A stretch of 64,000 nucleotides of DNA from the human T2T-CHM13v2.0 reference genome, Homo sapiens. This document shows positions 15,678 to 28,386 of the stretch, in pieces. The notes beneath the pieces are model-generated. The model made no database searches and was not told where the DNA came from. It saw only the letters and a list, made by a program, of their open reading frames with translations. Every line of letters begins with the position of its first letter. Positions within the stretch are counted from its first letter, which is position 1. The stretch is taken from assembly GCF_009914755.1 (NCBI RefSeq), contig NC_060926.1. One strand, written 5' to 3'. The translations under genes were made by a program, and so were the position numbers.

Positions 15678-15747
15678 TAATTTACCCATTTCATCTAGGA
15701 TATCCAATTTTTGGTGTACAGTTGTTCATAGTAGTGTCTTAAGATTC

Positions 15748-16101
15748 TGTATTAGTCTGTTTTCATGCTGCTGATAAAGACATACCAGAGACTGGGCAAT
15801 TTACAAAATAAAGAGGTTTATTGGACTTGCAGTTCCATGTGGCTAGGAGGCCTCACAATCATGGTGGAAGGTGAAAGGCATGTCTCACATGATGGCAGAC
15901 AAGAGAATAGAGTTTGTGCGGGGATACTCCTGTTTTAAAACTATCAGATCTCAGGAGACTGACTCGCTATCACGAGAACAGCATAGAAAAGACCTACCCC
16001 CATGATTCAATCAACTCCTATCAGGTTCCTCCCACAACACATGGGAATTGTGGGAGTTACAAGATGAGATTTGGGTGGTGATACGGAGCCAAACCATATT
16101 A
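15748..16101 (-). mobile_element. THE1 (A/B-like) solo LTR
   Basis: tgtattagtctgttttcatgctgctgataaagacatacc ... agccaaaccatatta; perfect 5-bp TSD gattc (15743-15747, 16102-16106). Confidence 0.95.
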
Positions 16102-17058
16102 GATTCTTTGCATATCAGTTAGATTCTGTGATATCAATTGTAATGTCCCCTCTTTCTCTCCTTTCTCTCCTTTTTTCTTAGTCTACCTGTTTGTTGATTT
16201 TATTTTTTCAAAAATCCAACTCAGTTTATTTTTTTCTATTTAAAAAAAAATCTTATTTTATTTCTGCTCTGGTATTTGTTATTTTCTTCCTTCTACTAAC
16301 TTTGGGCTTATTTTATTTTTGTGGGTCCTTAACATGTAAAGTTAGGGTTTTTTTTTGAGACTTTTAATTTTCTTTATATAGGCCTTTATGGCTCGAAGCA
16401 TCCCCTTTAGAATTACTTTTGCTGCATCCCATAAATGTTGGTACCTTATATTTCCTCTTTTGTTTCAAATTATTTTTCCATTTCCTTTTTGATATCTTCA
16501 TCGACCCATTGGTTGTTTAGGAGTATGGTATTAAATGTTCACTTATTTGCGAACATACTCATCTTCCTTCTGTTATTGGTTTGGTTTCATAAACTTATAG
16601 TCAGAAAATAAACTTACTATGATCTTAATCTTCTTAAATTTGTTAAAACTTGTTTTGTAGGCTAACACATGATCTATCCTGGAGAATGTTCCATGTGTGC
16701 TTGAGAAGAATGTGTATTCTGGTGCTGTTGGATGGAATTCTTTGTATTTGTCTGTTAGGTCCATTTGGTCTAAAGTGAAACCCATGTCCAAAGTTTTCTT
16801 ATTGATTTACATCTTGATAATCTACAAATTGTTGAATGTGGCATATAGAAGTCCCTTACTACTATTGTATCATTCTCTATTTCTGCCTTCAGAACTTTTA
16901 ATATTTACTTCTCATTTATAGGTGCTCCAGTGTTGGGTGCATATATAGTTAACAATTGTTGTATTCTTTTAATGAGCTGACTCATTTATTATTATATAAT
17001 GACCTTCTTTGTCTCTTTTTACAGTTTTTGACTTAGAGTCTATTTTGTCTAATACAAA

Positions 17059-17492
17059 GGCTATGATTTAAATGCTGATGTTCCCCCCAAAATTCATGTG
17101 TTGAAATTCTACCCCCAAGATGATGGTATTAGGATGTTGGGCCACTTGAAAGTGATTAGGTCATGGGAACAAATCTCTCATGAATATAATTATTGCCCTT
17201 ATTAAATAGACCCCAAAGAGCTTGTTCACCCCTTTATGAGGACGCAACTAGAAGGTATCATTCATGAGACAGAAAATAGTTTCTGTTGTGAGGAAAATGA
17301 TTTCTGGTTGTGAGGACACAACTAGAAGATATTATTCATGAAACAGAAAATGGTCCCTCACCGGACACTAAATCTGCTAGTGTTTTGATCTTGGACTTCC
17401 TAGCCTACAGAACTGTGAGAAATTAGTTTCTGTTACTTAAAAGCTTCCCTACTTATGGTATTTTATTATACCAGCCAAAATGTACTACAACA
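17059..17492 (+). mobile_element. MaLR LTR (MST/MLT1A-like) with an internal duplication
   Basis: gctatgatttaaatg..ccccaaaattcatgtgttgaaa ... gatcttggacttcctagcctacagaactgtgagaaat. Confidence 0.88.
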
Positions 17493-18169
17493 ATAAGTAT
17501 AGCTACTTATATTCTCTTTTGGTTTCCATTTACATGTAATATCTTTTTTTTATCCCTTTATTTTTAGTCTACGTGTGTTCTCAAAGGGGAAGTGAGTCCC
17601 TTAAAGGCAGAATTTAGTTGGATTTTTAAAAATCCATTCAGTCACTCTATTTTTTTTCCACTGGAGAATTTAATCAATTTACTTTAAGGTAATTATGCAT
17701 ATTTTAGAGTGATTGAAAGTTCTGTGGATGAAACTAGTTTTTTAACAGATAACCTATTATATCTCATAAATCTCAATGTGGACATTTTAAAATAAAGCAT
17801 TAAGATGTTGATTAAACATCCGACCTTAAATTTGATGTGTCTTTAAATTATAATTTGTAACTTTTTGTTTCTTTTCTCTATAATTTGTAACTTTTCTTTT
17901 TTCTTTCTCTTTCCCTTTTGTTTTTCTTTATTATAGTGGTGTAATTTAAAATCAGTGGCTTCTTAAGCTCAAAAAAATTTGTTTTCTATCAAATCAAATA
18001 TATGTTATGTTTGTATATCTGTATGTGTTTACAAAACTAGTGGATAATACCTGCTTAAATAATTGGTTTTCTAGAAAATTACTGCTTTCAGGATGTCCAT
18101 GGGGATATAACATTAAATGCCTACATTACTAGCAAAGTTATCATATGGCCCAAGACTTTGTTTATAGGC

Positions 18170-18290
18170 TGTGGTAACCAGCCTTTCAAATAGACCCCCG
18201 TGATCTCTGCCTCCTGGTATTCACATTCTCATGTATTGCTTCTTACATTTTACTAGGCTTGGTAGGTGTGATCATTAGCATATGGTAGAA
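18170..18290 (+). mobile_element. MLT1F-like LTR fragment
   Basis: tgtggtaaccagcctttcaaatagacccccgtgatctctgcctcctggtattcac; similar to the start of the LTR at 59781. Confidence 0.65.
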
Positions 18291-19153
18291 TAAAAATGTA
18301 AGAAAATATTTTTATAAACTTGGAGATATGAAAAGTTTTCCAAAGTCATAAACAATACTCCGAAACAAAATAAAATATTTACTTGTCTGAGTATAAAAGC
18401 ATTAACAAATACTATGGCAAAACAAGGTTAAGAAACATAACATTTTTTTCATTAAAAGTTTAAACAATAGCACCATAATTTGAAGAAAATTTAAAAAAAT
18501 ACAAAAGAAATATCTATAACAAAGAAGAATCTACAAATTTTTAAGGTAAAACATAATAAAAACAACAAATGGGCTAAAAGCAAATGAATAATACCTTGAA
18601 GTAATAGCAATAAAATTGTATTAACACATTAAAATACATGATAATTCAAATTAAGGCAATAATAATATGTCATTTCTGACCCATTTCATTAAAAATTTAG
18701 AATGAGAGATAGTAATTATTGTAGTCAGGGGGATGCAGGAAATGTTACATTATAAATAGTATAATCTTAAGGGCAATTTAGTAGGATATATCCAAATAAC
18801 AAAGTGTACCTTCCCTTTAAAGTATTGATACTCTTTCTAATAACAGTATATAGAAAAACTTACACATATGAAAAAATATATGACAATGATATTTATTACA
18901 GCAGATTTTATAATAATAAAATTTTAGAAATAACACAAATGTTCATTGATAAAGGAATACATAGTTATCATACATGCATATTGTTGAACCCCACATAGCA
19001 ATTAAAAACAGTGATACCTATCTATATGTAGTGACCAGAAATTATATCTAATATTGAAAAGTAGATTAAAGTGGATTATCTTATGTGATACCAAAGGTAC
19101 AGGCAACTAAATAAAAATAGACAGACTGAACTTCATCAAAATTAAAAACTTTT

Positions 19154-19466
19154 GGCCAGGTGAGGTGTCTCACGCCTGTAATAGCAGCACTTTGGGAGGG
19201 AGAGGTGGGGGGATCACTTGAGGCCAGGAGTTTGAGACCAGTCTGGCCAATATGGTGAAACCCCATTTTTACAAAAAATACAAAAATTAGCCTGGCATGG
19301 TGGTAAGAGCCTGTAATTATAGCTACTAAGGAGGCTGAGGCACCAGTATCACTTGAACTGGGGTGGCGGAGGTTGCAGTGGGCCAAGATTGGGCCACTGC
19401 ACTCCAGCCTGAGTGACAGAATGGGATATCACCTCAAAAAAATAAACAAAACAAAACAAAACAAAA
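19154..19466 (+). mobile_element. Alu (AluS/J)
   Basis: Dimeric Alu with (CAAAA)n tail; TSD aaaaacttttg / aaaaccttttg. Confidence 0.95.
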
Positions 19467-19749
19467 CCTTTTGTGCATGAAAGGAAACTGTCAATGAAAT
19501 AAAAAAAGCAACATACAGAATGAAAGAAAACATTTACAAATTATGTATCTGGTAAGAGAAACATCCAGGATGTAGAGAGCATTCCTAAAACTCAACAACA
19601 ATAAAAACTCAATTCAAAAATGAGATTGAATAGACATTTCTCCAAAGGAGATATGCAAATGACCAATAAGCACCTGAGAAAGTGCTCAATATCATTGATC
19701 TTTAGGGAATGCAAAACAAAACCAAAATGACATACTATAATATGTCACA

Positions 19750-21513
19750 GTGCAAAAGTCACAGCATTCCTATACACCAATAACAGACAGAGAGCCAAAT
19801 CATGAGTGAACTCACATTCACAATTGCTACAAAGAGAATAAAATACCTAGGAATCCAACTTATAAGGGATGTGAAGGACCTCTTCAAGGAGAACGACAAA
19901 CTACTGCTCAAGGAAATAAGAGAAGACACAAATAAATGGAAAAGCATTCCATGCTTATGGATAGGAAGAATCAATATTGTGAAAATGGGCATACCACCCA
20001 AAGTAATTTATAGATTCAATGCCATCCCCATCAAGCTACCAATGACTTTCTTCACAGAATTGGAAAAAACTACTTTAAGGTTCATATGGAACCAAAAAAA
20101 GAGCCTGCATAGCCAAGACAATCCTAAGCAAAAAGAAAAACGCTGGCGGCATCGTGCTACCTTACTTCAAACTATACTACAAGGCTACAGTAACCAAAAC
20201 AGCATGTTATTGGTACCAAAACAGATATATAGACCAATGGAACAGAACAGAGGCCTCAGAAATAACACCACACATCTACAACCATCTGATCTTTGACAAA
20301 CCTGACAAAAACAAGCAATGGGGAAAGATTTCCTATTTAATAAATGGTGTTGGGAAAACCGACTAGCCATATGCAGAAAACTGAAACTAGACCCCTTCCT
20401 TACACCTTATTCAAAAATTAACTCAAGATGGATTAAAGACTTAAACGTTAAGACCTGAAACCATAAAAACCCTAGAAGAAAACCTAGGCAATACTACTCA
20501 GGACATAGGCGTGGGCAAAGACTTCATAACTAAAACACCAAAAGCAATGGCAACAAAAGCCAAAATTGACAAATGGGATCTAATTAAACTAAAGAGCTTC
20601 TGCACAGCAAAAGAAACTATCATCAGAGTAAACAGGCAACCTACAAATTGAGAGAAAATTTTTGCAATCTATCCATCTGACAAAGGGCTAATATCCAGAA
20701 TCTACAAAAAACTCAAACAAATTTACAAGAAAAAAACAACCCCATCAAAAAGTGAGCGAAGGATATGAACAGGCACTTTTCAAAAGAAGACATTTATGCA
20801 GCCAACAAACATGAAAAAAATCTCATCATCACTGGTCATTAGATAAATGCAAATCAAAACCACAGTGAAAAACCATCTTATGCCAGTTAGAATGGCGATC
20901 CTTAAAAAGTCAGGAAACAACAGATGCTGGAGAGGATGTGGAGAAATAGGAATGCTTTTACACTGTTGGTGGGGGTGCAAATTAGTTCAACCATTGTGGA
21001 AGACAGTGTGGCAATTCCTCAAAGATCTAGAACCAGAAATACCATTTGACCCAGCAATCCCATTAATGGGTATATACCCAAAGAATTATAAATCATTCTA
21101 CTGTAAAGACACATGAACATGTATATTTATTGCAGCACTATTCACAATAGCAAAGACTTGGAACCAACCCAAATGCCCATCAGTGATAGACTGGATAAAG
21201 AAAATGTGACACATATACACCATGGAATACTATGCAGCCATAAAAAGGATGAGTTCATGTCCTTTGCAGGGACATGGATGAAGCTAGAAACCATCATTCT
21301 CAGCAAACTAACAGAAGAACAGAAAGCCATACACTGCGTGTTCTCACTCATAAGTGGGAGTTGAACAATGAGAACACATGGACACAGGGAGGGGAACATC
21401 ACCTACTGAGGACTGGATGGGTGCAGCAAACCTCCATGGCACGTGTATACCTATGTAACAAACCTGCATGTTCTGCAAATGTACCCCAGAACTTAAGTAT
21501 AATAATAAAAAAA
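19750..21513 (+). mobile_element. L1PA (L1PA7/8-like), 5'-truncated ~1.76 kb, frameshifted ORF2 C-terminus and 3'UTR
   Basis: ORF pieces [20 protein letters not shown]..., [20 protein letters not shown], and the cysteine-rich motif CWRGCGEIGMLLHCWWGC lie in different frames; ends with 3'UTR and A-rich tail. Confidence 0.96.
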
Positions 21514-23524
21514 GTTCTTCAAGTAAAATGGAAAAAAAACCCAATGAAGTGTTGGCCTTAATGTGGAAAAATTGGAACCCTTGTACATTGCTGATGGAAA
21601 TGTAAAATAGATACAGCTGCTATAGAAACAGTATGGTGGTTCCTCACAAAACAGTAAATTGAATTAGCATATAACCCAGCAATCCCACTTCTGGATTGGG
21701 GTATATTTCCTTCTTATTTTTAAAGAAATGAAAAGCTGGGTCTCAAAGAGATAGTCATATATCCATGTTCATAGAAGTATTATAGAACAACAGCCAAAAC
21801 ATGGAAGTAACCCAACTGTTCACTGATACATGAATGGATAAACAAAATGGGATATACACACACAATGGGACATTACTCAATTTTAAAAAAGGAGCAAAAT
21901 TTTGACAAATTCTGCAACATGGATGAACCCTGATGATATTATGCCAAGTGAAATATGCCAGCCACACAAAAAAATCAAGTACTGTGTGAGGTACTTAGAG
22001 TAATCAAATTCATAGAGAAAGTAGGATGATGGTTGCTAGAAGCCAGGGCAGGAGAGAGGGGAATGAGAAGCTGTTTTTTAATGGGTATAGAGTTTCAGTT
22101 TCATAAGTTGAAAAGAGTTTTGGAAGGTGGATGCCCAACAATGTCAATGTACTTAACATTACTGAACTTCACATTTAAAATGATTAAGATGGTAAGGTTT
22201 ATGTTTTATGTATTTTTCTGCAATTAAAAAGTAAGAAAAACTTAAAGCAGCTTATGAAATAATATGGACAGTATACTCCTGTTTTTACAGAAAATACATA
22301 CATAATCTGCGTGCGTTTGTAAAGTATATTGAGGGCTAAAACTCTGAAAATTATAAAAGGTATTAGGGTGGAACTAAATGAATTTTCACACTTCATAGTT
22401 AAAAACTGTTTGCATTTTTATGAGTATGTATTATTTAATTTAATACCACGGAGAATTGAAAAATAAGAAAAGAACAACACATTAGTGGATTGTAGAATTT
22501 CTCATGTAAAATGATAGCTTGATAGACAATTTGTACAGCTCCTCTCATTTGTCTTTGACTCAAATTATTTAATTTGGAAATTACTAACAACTGCAAATGC
22601 AGATGTAAGGTTCACACTTGAATTTAGAATCAAAATCATCTTAGCTAAGGGGTTATAGGAAAAGGAAGCCAGGAAGTTTGCATCTATAGGTAATACTGAT
22701 AGGCAGCTACCCCAATACTCCATAAACTCTTTTTTTTCTATACCTTTTAAAGTTGATGTTCATTTTTGCCATATTGCATTAAAACATTTCATTATGTGGC
22801 AAAGAAAAGCATGTGAGTCATAGCCCCATTTATTATTTTATCTAGATTAGTCCTGGACAATTACCTAGCTACATAGAAGCTAACCTCCCAAGTTGGAGAG
22901 AAGGAAAATAACTTCCTTTCCTACTCAATCAACTGCCCAGTCCCTAAGTTCCCTAGCCTCTTTTATGTCAACTACCAACTGCATTTTGTCTGTAATCTTA
23001 CTTCTGAATAAACAAGGTGTATGGGAGTCCCGAAAACACTGTTATTTTTATGAAGCCTGTCCTAGTCTCTTAAATAGGGAAAGTCACTCTGAAGTCATTA
23101 CTATTGGTCCTCAGTGGGTGTGGGGGTTGGGGATAGCATTGGAATTTATCTACAAAGTAAGTTCTGCACCTTGTTATAATGTTTATGCTGCTTCCTCTTC
23201 CACCTAATTTCAATATAGTCTCAATAAAGCTTCTTCTTTAAGGGTTATGCTCCCCAGGATGATTTGGACTTTTCTGTAAATAAAGTAATTGAGTTAAAGG
23301 GATATAAGCTAGGAGTGGGGTATAAAATTTATCTGAGAATGAGTATATTATTCATTTGAATGGAGCCTGCAGAACCCACAAATTACAATAGCTGTGTGGC
23401 AGTCAGGTCTACCTATGTGCATGGCCTGCTATAGCCAGGCAGAAAACAGTACCATGTAGTATTTAAATAACACTGATAATATTTATTAAGAACTTGCTTT
23501 ATATCTTGCACTGTTTTAGGTGCT

Positions 23525-23725
23525 GGGCTTTAGAATTGGAGAGATCTACATTCTAAATTCACTCTATCATTTCTAGTTGTGTGACTTGGGGCAGATTTCT
23601 AACTTCATTAATCTTTTGCTTATTTCTAAAGTAGAGATATGAAAACACTTGCCTGGCAGAATTGTTGTGAAGATTAAATCTATCATGCATTTTATGTGTT
23701 TAGCAGAGCACCTTACACAAAATAA
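23525..23725 (+). mobile_element. MIR
   Basis: MIR core ctagttgtgtgacttggggcagatttctaacttc ... gttgtgaagattaaat. Confidence 0.75.
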
Positions 23726-24067
23726 TCATTTGCTTGTATTTTAATTATTTCCCATAGACTGGCCTCACTATGATTTTTGGTATTCTGGTTTATGACTCAG
23801 AAAATCCAGCTATTTTGCTTCACTTTGGTCAAAGCATATGTTAATGAATTTTTATTTTCACACTCTGTTTAAAGCAACTAGGTATAACTTCTATTTCTTC
23901 TTTCTGTCTCCCACTTCCCTGTATATTTCTTAGTGTCTTAATGGCTGACAGCAAGGTGATGAAATTTCCATTTCAAAATAGAAAAAGTCACAATTTTCAA
24001 AGCAACAAATTTAAAAAAGACTTTTGACTCTGTTGTATCAGATACAATAGAATTACTTCTACTTACT

Positions 24068-24439
<372 letters not shown>

Positions 24440-25976
24440 TCATCCTCCAACCCTCCTTTTATTAAAAAGTAAATGCATATATGTATATATAAATGATGAG
24501 CACATATATACATACACACATAATTTGTTTATTGATTTTTCAGCACCTGCACATTCAGAAACAATCAGAGCAGAGCAAGAGAGATTACCTGTAACCCAGG
24601 GTCACTTCTGTCTCTGCCAGAGTGGGCTGTGTAAAAAGGCAGACTAAGTGACCACCTTCCTTGAGTTAACCAGATGGTGCTACTTAGCCTGAAAAATATC
24701 ACCTCCCATTGGGCCTTGTAAGGTCATTGTTGGAATGCAAAACTACTTTCTAGGGGAAGGTATCATGTAAAGAGAAGTTAAATAAAATGAGGGAAAAGGA
24801 ATTTCCAGGACATAGAAGCCTAAATATTGTGATGTTTTCAATTTAAATATTTTGGGGGGGTTGTGAACCTTTTAGGGTCAGAAAGTGCATTTATGGCCTG
24901 AATAAGGGCAGAGACGTGATGAGTGATGAAGGAGAGAATGCACTGGGAGCACACACTGTCTGTTTAAGATTAGTGCCCCCTCTTGCTTTAATAGGAGTGA
25001 TAAAGAGGGTTTAGGGTGGGATAGAGGTAGAGATTGGAGTGACCAACTGGAAATACATACAGTATTCATAGACATTTTCTTTTGTCTGAATGGAGATACT
25101 CAACTTGGTGGCCTTCATTGACCTCCTTATCACAATGCTTTGACTCTGGTCACTCAGTAAGGTCTGGAGCACTTGAGATGTTTAATTTTACAAATCTGAA
25201 AGCTAATTACATGGTGATGTGGCTGGCTGATTTAGAATTGATGATGTCTGTTTTATATAATCCCTACCACCTCTCAAGTGAAGCAAAGTTGGGTCACTTG
25301 ACCGGTTTTACTCAATTTCTTGTATCAGTTTATGAGGATGCAGCTGGGATCCTAAAAGCAGATCTCAGGTTATTATTTTAGAAATTTTATAGTATAACAA
25401 GGCAACAGGCTACGCACAAGCAGAATCATGTTCATAGTTGGTACTAAATGCATCTTTGTTAAATAAATTAATAAATATCACTGCTACTCAGTTCAATGGG
25501 ATATTGTGTAGTATATTAGATGATATAATTCTACTTTTTCTTGATATACATTGTGTAATTTTAATAAAGACCAAACTTATATGAGACAGGGTAGGCAATT
25601 GCCCCATGATCTCTACTCTAAGGCTTCCATGTAGTGCATCTGCAAAAATCAAGAGCAAAAATAACTTCTCTACAGTGATTCTAATGAGTGACATTTTACC
25701 TCTGGAAGTTTGTATTCTTGGAATTCATGAACATCTTCTTTCTAATAGTAACTTTACGTTCATTAAGCCTCTTATGTTAAAGGGCTTGATTACATGTCTT
25801 GATAGATTTTGAAAAATATTGTAAAAATGTAGTTCATGAAAATCATCAGCAAAAACAATATTGAAGAGATCATAACTTTTATAGGAAAATGAAAGCAAAA
25901 GGAAAATAATGTTCAGATATTTGGTCGTATCGGGCCCAGAGAGAGAAGAGACCCTATTTTGTCAGAGTAGTCAAGT

Positions 25977-26332
25977 TGTATTAGTCCATTCTCACACTGC
26001 TATAGATACTACCTGAGACTGGGTAATTTATAAAGGAAAGAGGTTTAATTGACTCACAGTTCTGCATGGTTGGGGATGCCTCAGGAAACTTACGATCATG
26101 GGGAAAAGGGAAGCAGGCATCTTTTTTCACAAGGAGGAACTTCCAGACACTTATAAAACCATCAGTTCTTGTGAGAACTCACTCACTATCACCAGAACAG
26201 TATGGGGAAAACCGTCCCCATGACCCAATCACCTCCCTCCCTTGACATGTTGGGATTACAGGTCCCTCCCTCGACACAGGGATTATAATTCAAGATGAGA
26301 TTTGGGTGGAGACACAGAGCTAAACCATATCA
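25977..26332 (-). mobile_element. MSTA-like MaLR solo LTR
   Basis: tgtattagtccattctcacactgctata ... ggagacacagagctaaaccatatca. Confidence 0.92.
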
Positions 26333-28386
26333 CAGGCCTTATCAGTAATTTAGTAATACATAAAGCTATAGATTTAAATGAATTCATAATTGAACACAAA
26401 TTGCAACAGATCAATAATGAGTGCTGACAGTTTTGTATTTGGAACAGTCCTAAAGTTACATTTGTATGTATCTTGAATGTCAATCATAACTGATTAATTA
26501 GTGGGAAAATGGCAGTATAGAGGCTGCGTATTCACTGTTGTTATAACCATGTATTGTAAGAAATGAATATGTAGTGTTAAGAAAAAGTTGACACAACTCC
26601 AGGCAATGGAATTAAAATGGCATAAAAAGGACAGCATAGGAAAGCTCAGCCTACCTTTCTGTCAGCTTTAACCTGTGTGCCCCTCCCTAAGCAAATGACA
26701 GTGCTGCAGATGACACCATCCAGCAGCCTTGAGAGATATTTTCTGTGATGAATTGGCAGCAGAACAGCAGTGATCTCTACGTTTTTACTTCTATCTTTTG
26801 TATTAAATTGCACAACCTGAGGACAAGAATTCAGCTTTTTATCTGAATGTGTATTGGGGTTTGCTATGTGAAATGTCTTCATTATTCTCAAATAACCTTT
26901 CCCTTGAATATAGAAACCGTCACCCTCGACAAAACATAGCAGTCCAAAGAGATCATCAATATTCAGTCTTCTTTCCAGATGTTGTAAAGGAATGAGTGAG
27001 TTCCCACAATGCTTTAGACTAATTTCACAGCGAGATGTAAAAGGAATAAATTTCTTCTCACTCCAGCCAACAATCCGTTAAAACTCTGAAGCATAAGGCC
27101 AGGTATTTCTCGCACAGTGGTTTTTGTCCCATTGACTATACGTATGTGCCATTCTTATTCAAGACAATGACTGACTCCAACCGGCCAACCAATTTTCTCT
27201 ATAGAACCTTGAAACTGCTAATACCTGATGGTGAATTTAACACTACTGGCAGGATACTTGCATTTATATATATTTTAAATATGTCTGTAAAATATGTGGC
27301 AATTTTAGCTTGGTGAAGGAATTTATCTTTTCTTCATCTCTAACTTAACAACATACTGAACCACTCTCATAGGCAGAGGTGGTACATCAATCCTGTTGTA
27401 CAATTACTCTATGACAGAGAGTCCCAGTGTTAGTGCCAACAAAGACCTCAGAATTCATCTGGTTGACTTACTGAAATCTGGAGAGGTTACGTTACTCATA
27501 GTCTCTTATATAGCAGTACTAAATTTAATTGTAGACTAAGAATAATCTGTAATTATTCTTGATTTGTTTAATAACAGAATCAGTTCCAGAAACCAAATCA
27601 CCAAGTCAAATATTCTTTCTATCATGTACTCCCTGTTAACCAAAATCTCATCATCTAGTCTTTATTTTAAAGTAGGGAAGGGGGAGGAAGAGGAGAAACT
27701 ATAATTTTTAAAATATTTATGATGAATAAAATATTATGCTAAATATTACCACACATATCTAATCCCCAGAATGCCCCTGCAAGTTATGTATGAATATCAC
27801 TAATTTTTATATTCTAGCAAAATAAAATCAGAATGTTTAATTACTGTTGCCCAATGCTCTACAGTTAACGAAACATCCATGAATCTACTTTGTACAATTC
27901 TGTTGCTAAAGTTCAACTGCAAAAAAAAAAAAAAAAAAAGAATTCTTCAGGTTCTTTTGCAGGGGCAACCTGGAGTGCTCTGACTAAATACCAAAGATAA
28001 ATACTGAGGTTATGTTTTCTGCTGTCCTTATTAGTCTAACTCTTGTTTCCACTGTCCATATCAGTCAGGGGAACAAAAAGGAAATTTAGATGAAATAGTT
28101 ATGGAGAATGAATGTGCTTTGCCTCTCTGTCAGCTCTCCATGGTATCACTGCAACCATGACTCTTCCGTTTCAGTTCTATCTCCTGTTTGTAATGGAGCT
28201 CACCTCTCATCCTTGCTGGTGCTATCCACTTGGTACAGGCTTGTTTTTCTCAACTTGTATGATTCTGTTGCAGAACCAGTTTCACTAGTTGTCACTGCTC
28301 GTGCCTTATAATGTCTCCCTACCAAGTCACTGCTAATGTTATTCCTGCTTCCTGGTTTAAACCTTGCCAGAGTCACACCTTGTCTT

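Larger units (their letters stand above)
12560..17695 (-). mobile_element. Long antisense L1M(A/B) ORF2 remnant interrupted by several later insertions
   Basis: Continuous antisense ORF2 sequence resumes across each insertion; ORF 16573..16791 reads MDLTD..FHPT..EYTFFSSTHGTFSRIDH (L1 endonuclease-domain motif). Confidence 0.9.
19080..22230 (+). mobile_element. L1MB-type 3' region hosting an Alu and an L1PA
   Basis: gaacttcatcaaaattaaaaacttttg ... gaatagacatttctccaaag ... gggtatagagtttcagttt ... aaaatgattaagatggtaagg. Confidence 0.85.

Noticed and set aside
19802-21116. Longest ORF (164 aa) and neighbouring ORFs with clear protein similarity
   Set aside because: Frameshifted fragments of L1 ORF2p in a 5'-truncated L1PA; not a host gene and not an intact retrotransposon.
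26232-26290. Duplication ccctcccttgacatgttgggattac / ccctccctcgacacagggattat inside the MSTA LTR
   Set aside because: I recall similar internal repeats in some MST variants, so it cannot be claimed as locus-specific without an alignment.
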